Positions 63,926 to 64,000 of a stretch of DNA of 64,000 nt are shown here, piece after piece. The position numbers and the translations under genes are program-made. Under the pieces are notes generated by a model. That model was not told the DNA's origin. It saw only the letters and a list, made by a program, of their open reading frames with translations, and did not search any database. Source of the DNA: Octopus sinensis (taxonomy: Eukaryota); assembly GCF_006345805.1 (NCBI RefSeq), contig NW_021835562.1, positions 2,558 to 66,557 of the forward strand, written 5' to 3'. How positions within the stretch are numbered: the stretch's first letter is position 1; the number at the start of each line of letters is the position of its first letter.

Positions 63926-64000
63926 AATGATAGTTTGATATACTTCTATTAATGCAATACCAGGATACATCAGCACTTACAACATAGATCCTCATTCAAG

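Overview
Eukaryotic, AT-rich, repeat-dominated DNA; the SINE families and microsatellite load suggest an Octopus-like cephalopod genome (inference). No host protein-coding gene can be supported: the long ORFs in the track are microsatellite read-throughs or transposon remnants. The window holds a TSD-bounded, full-length but frameshifted Tx1-clade LINE (18627-24039) inserted into a SINE head, plus a second Tx1 3' remnant and CR1, RTE, R4/NeSL-like and I/Jockey/CR1-like LINE fragments. It also has Penelope-like (PLE) RT and GIY-YIG fragments, mariner remnants, Tc1/mariner and hAT MITEs, a Helitron-like element, dozens of tRNA-derived SINEs, and seven copies of a GGATC-ended MITE with 8-bp TSDs (Merlin-like). 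The most notable unexplained structure is a set of at least seven minimal type-I hammerhead-ribozyme-like motifs in several short non-coding PLE-type families, several with inverted terminal duplications next to (TA)n tracts. Also notable is a 26-nt exact match between the Tx1 LINE 3' end and the tail of the commonest SINE, suggesting a SINE-LINE partnership.
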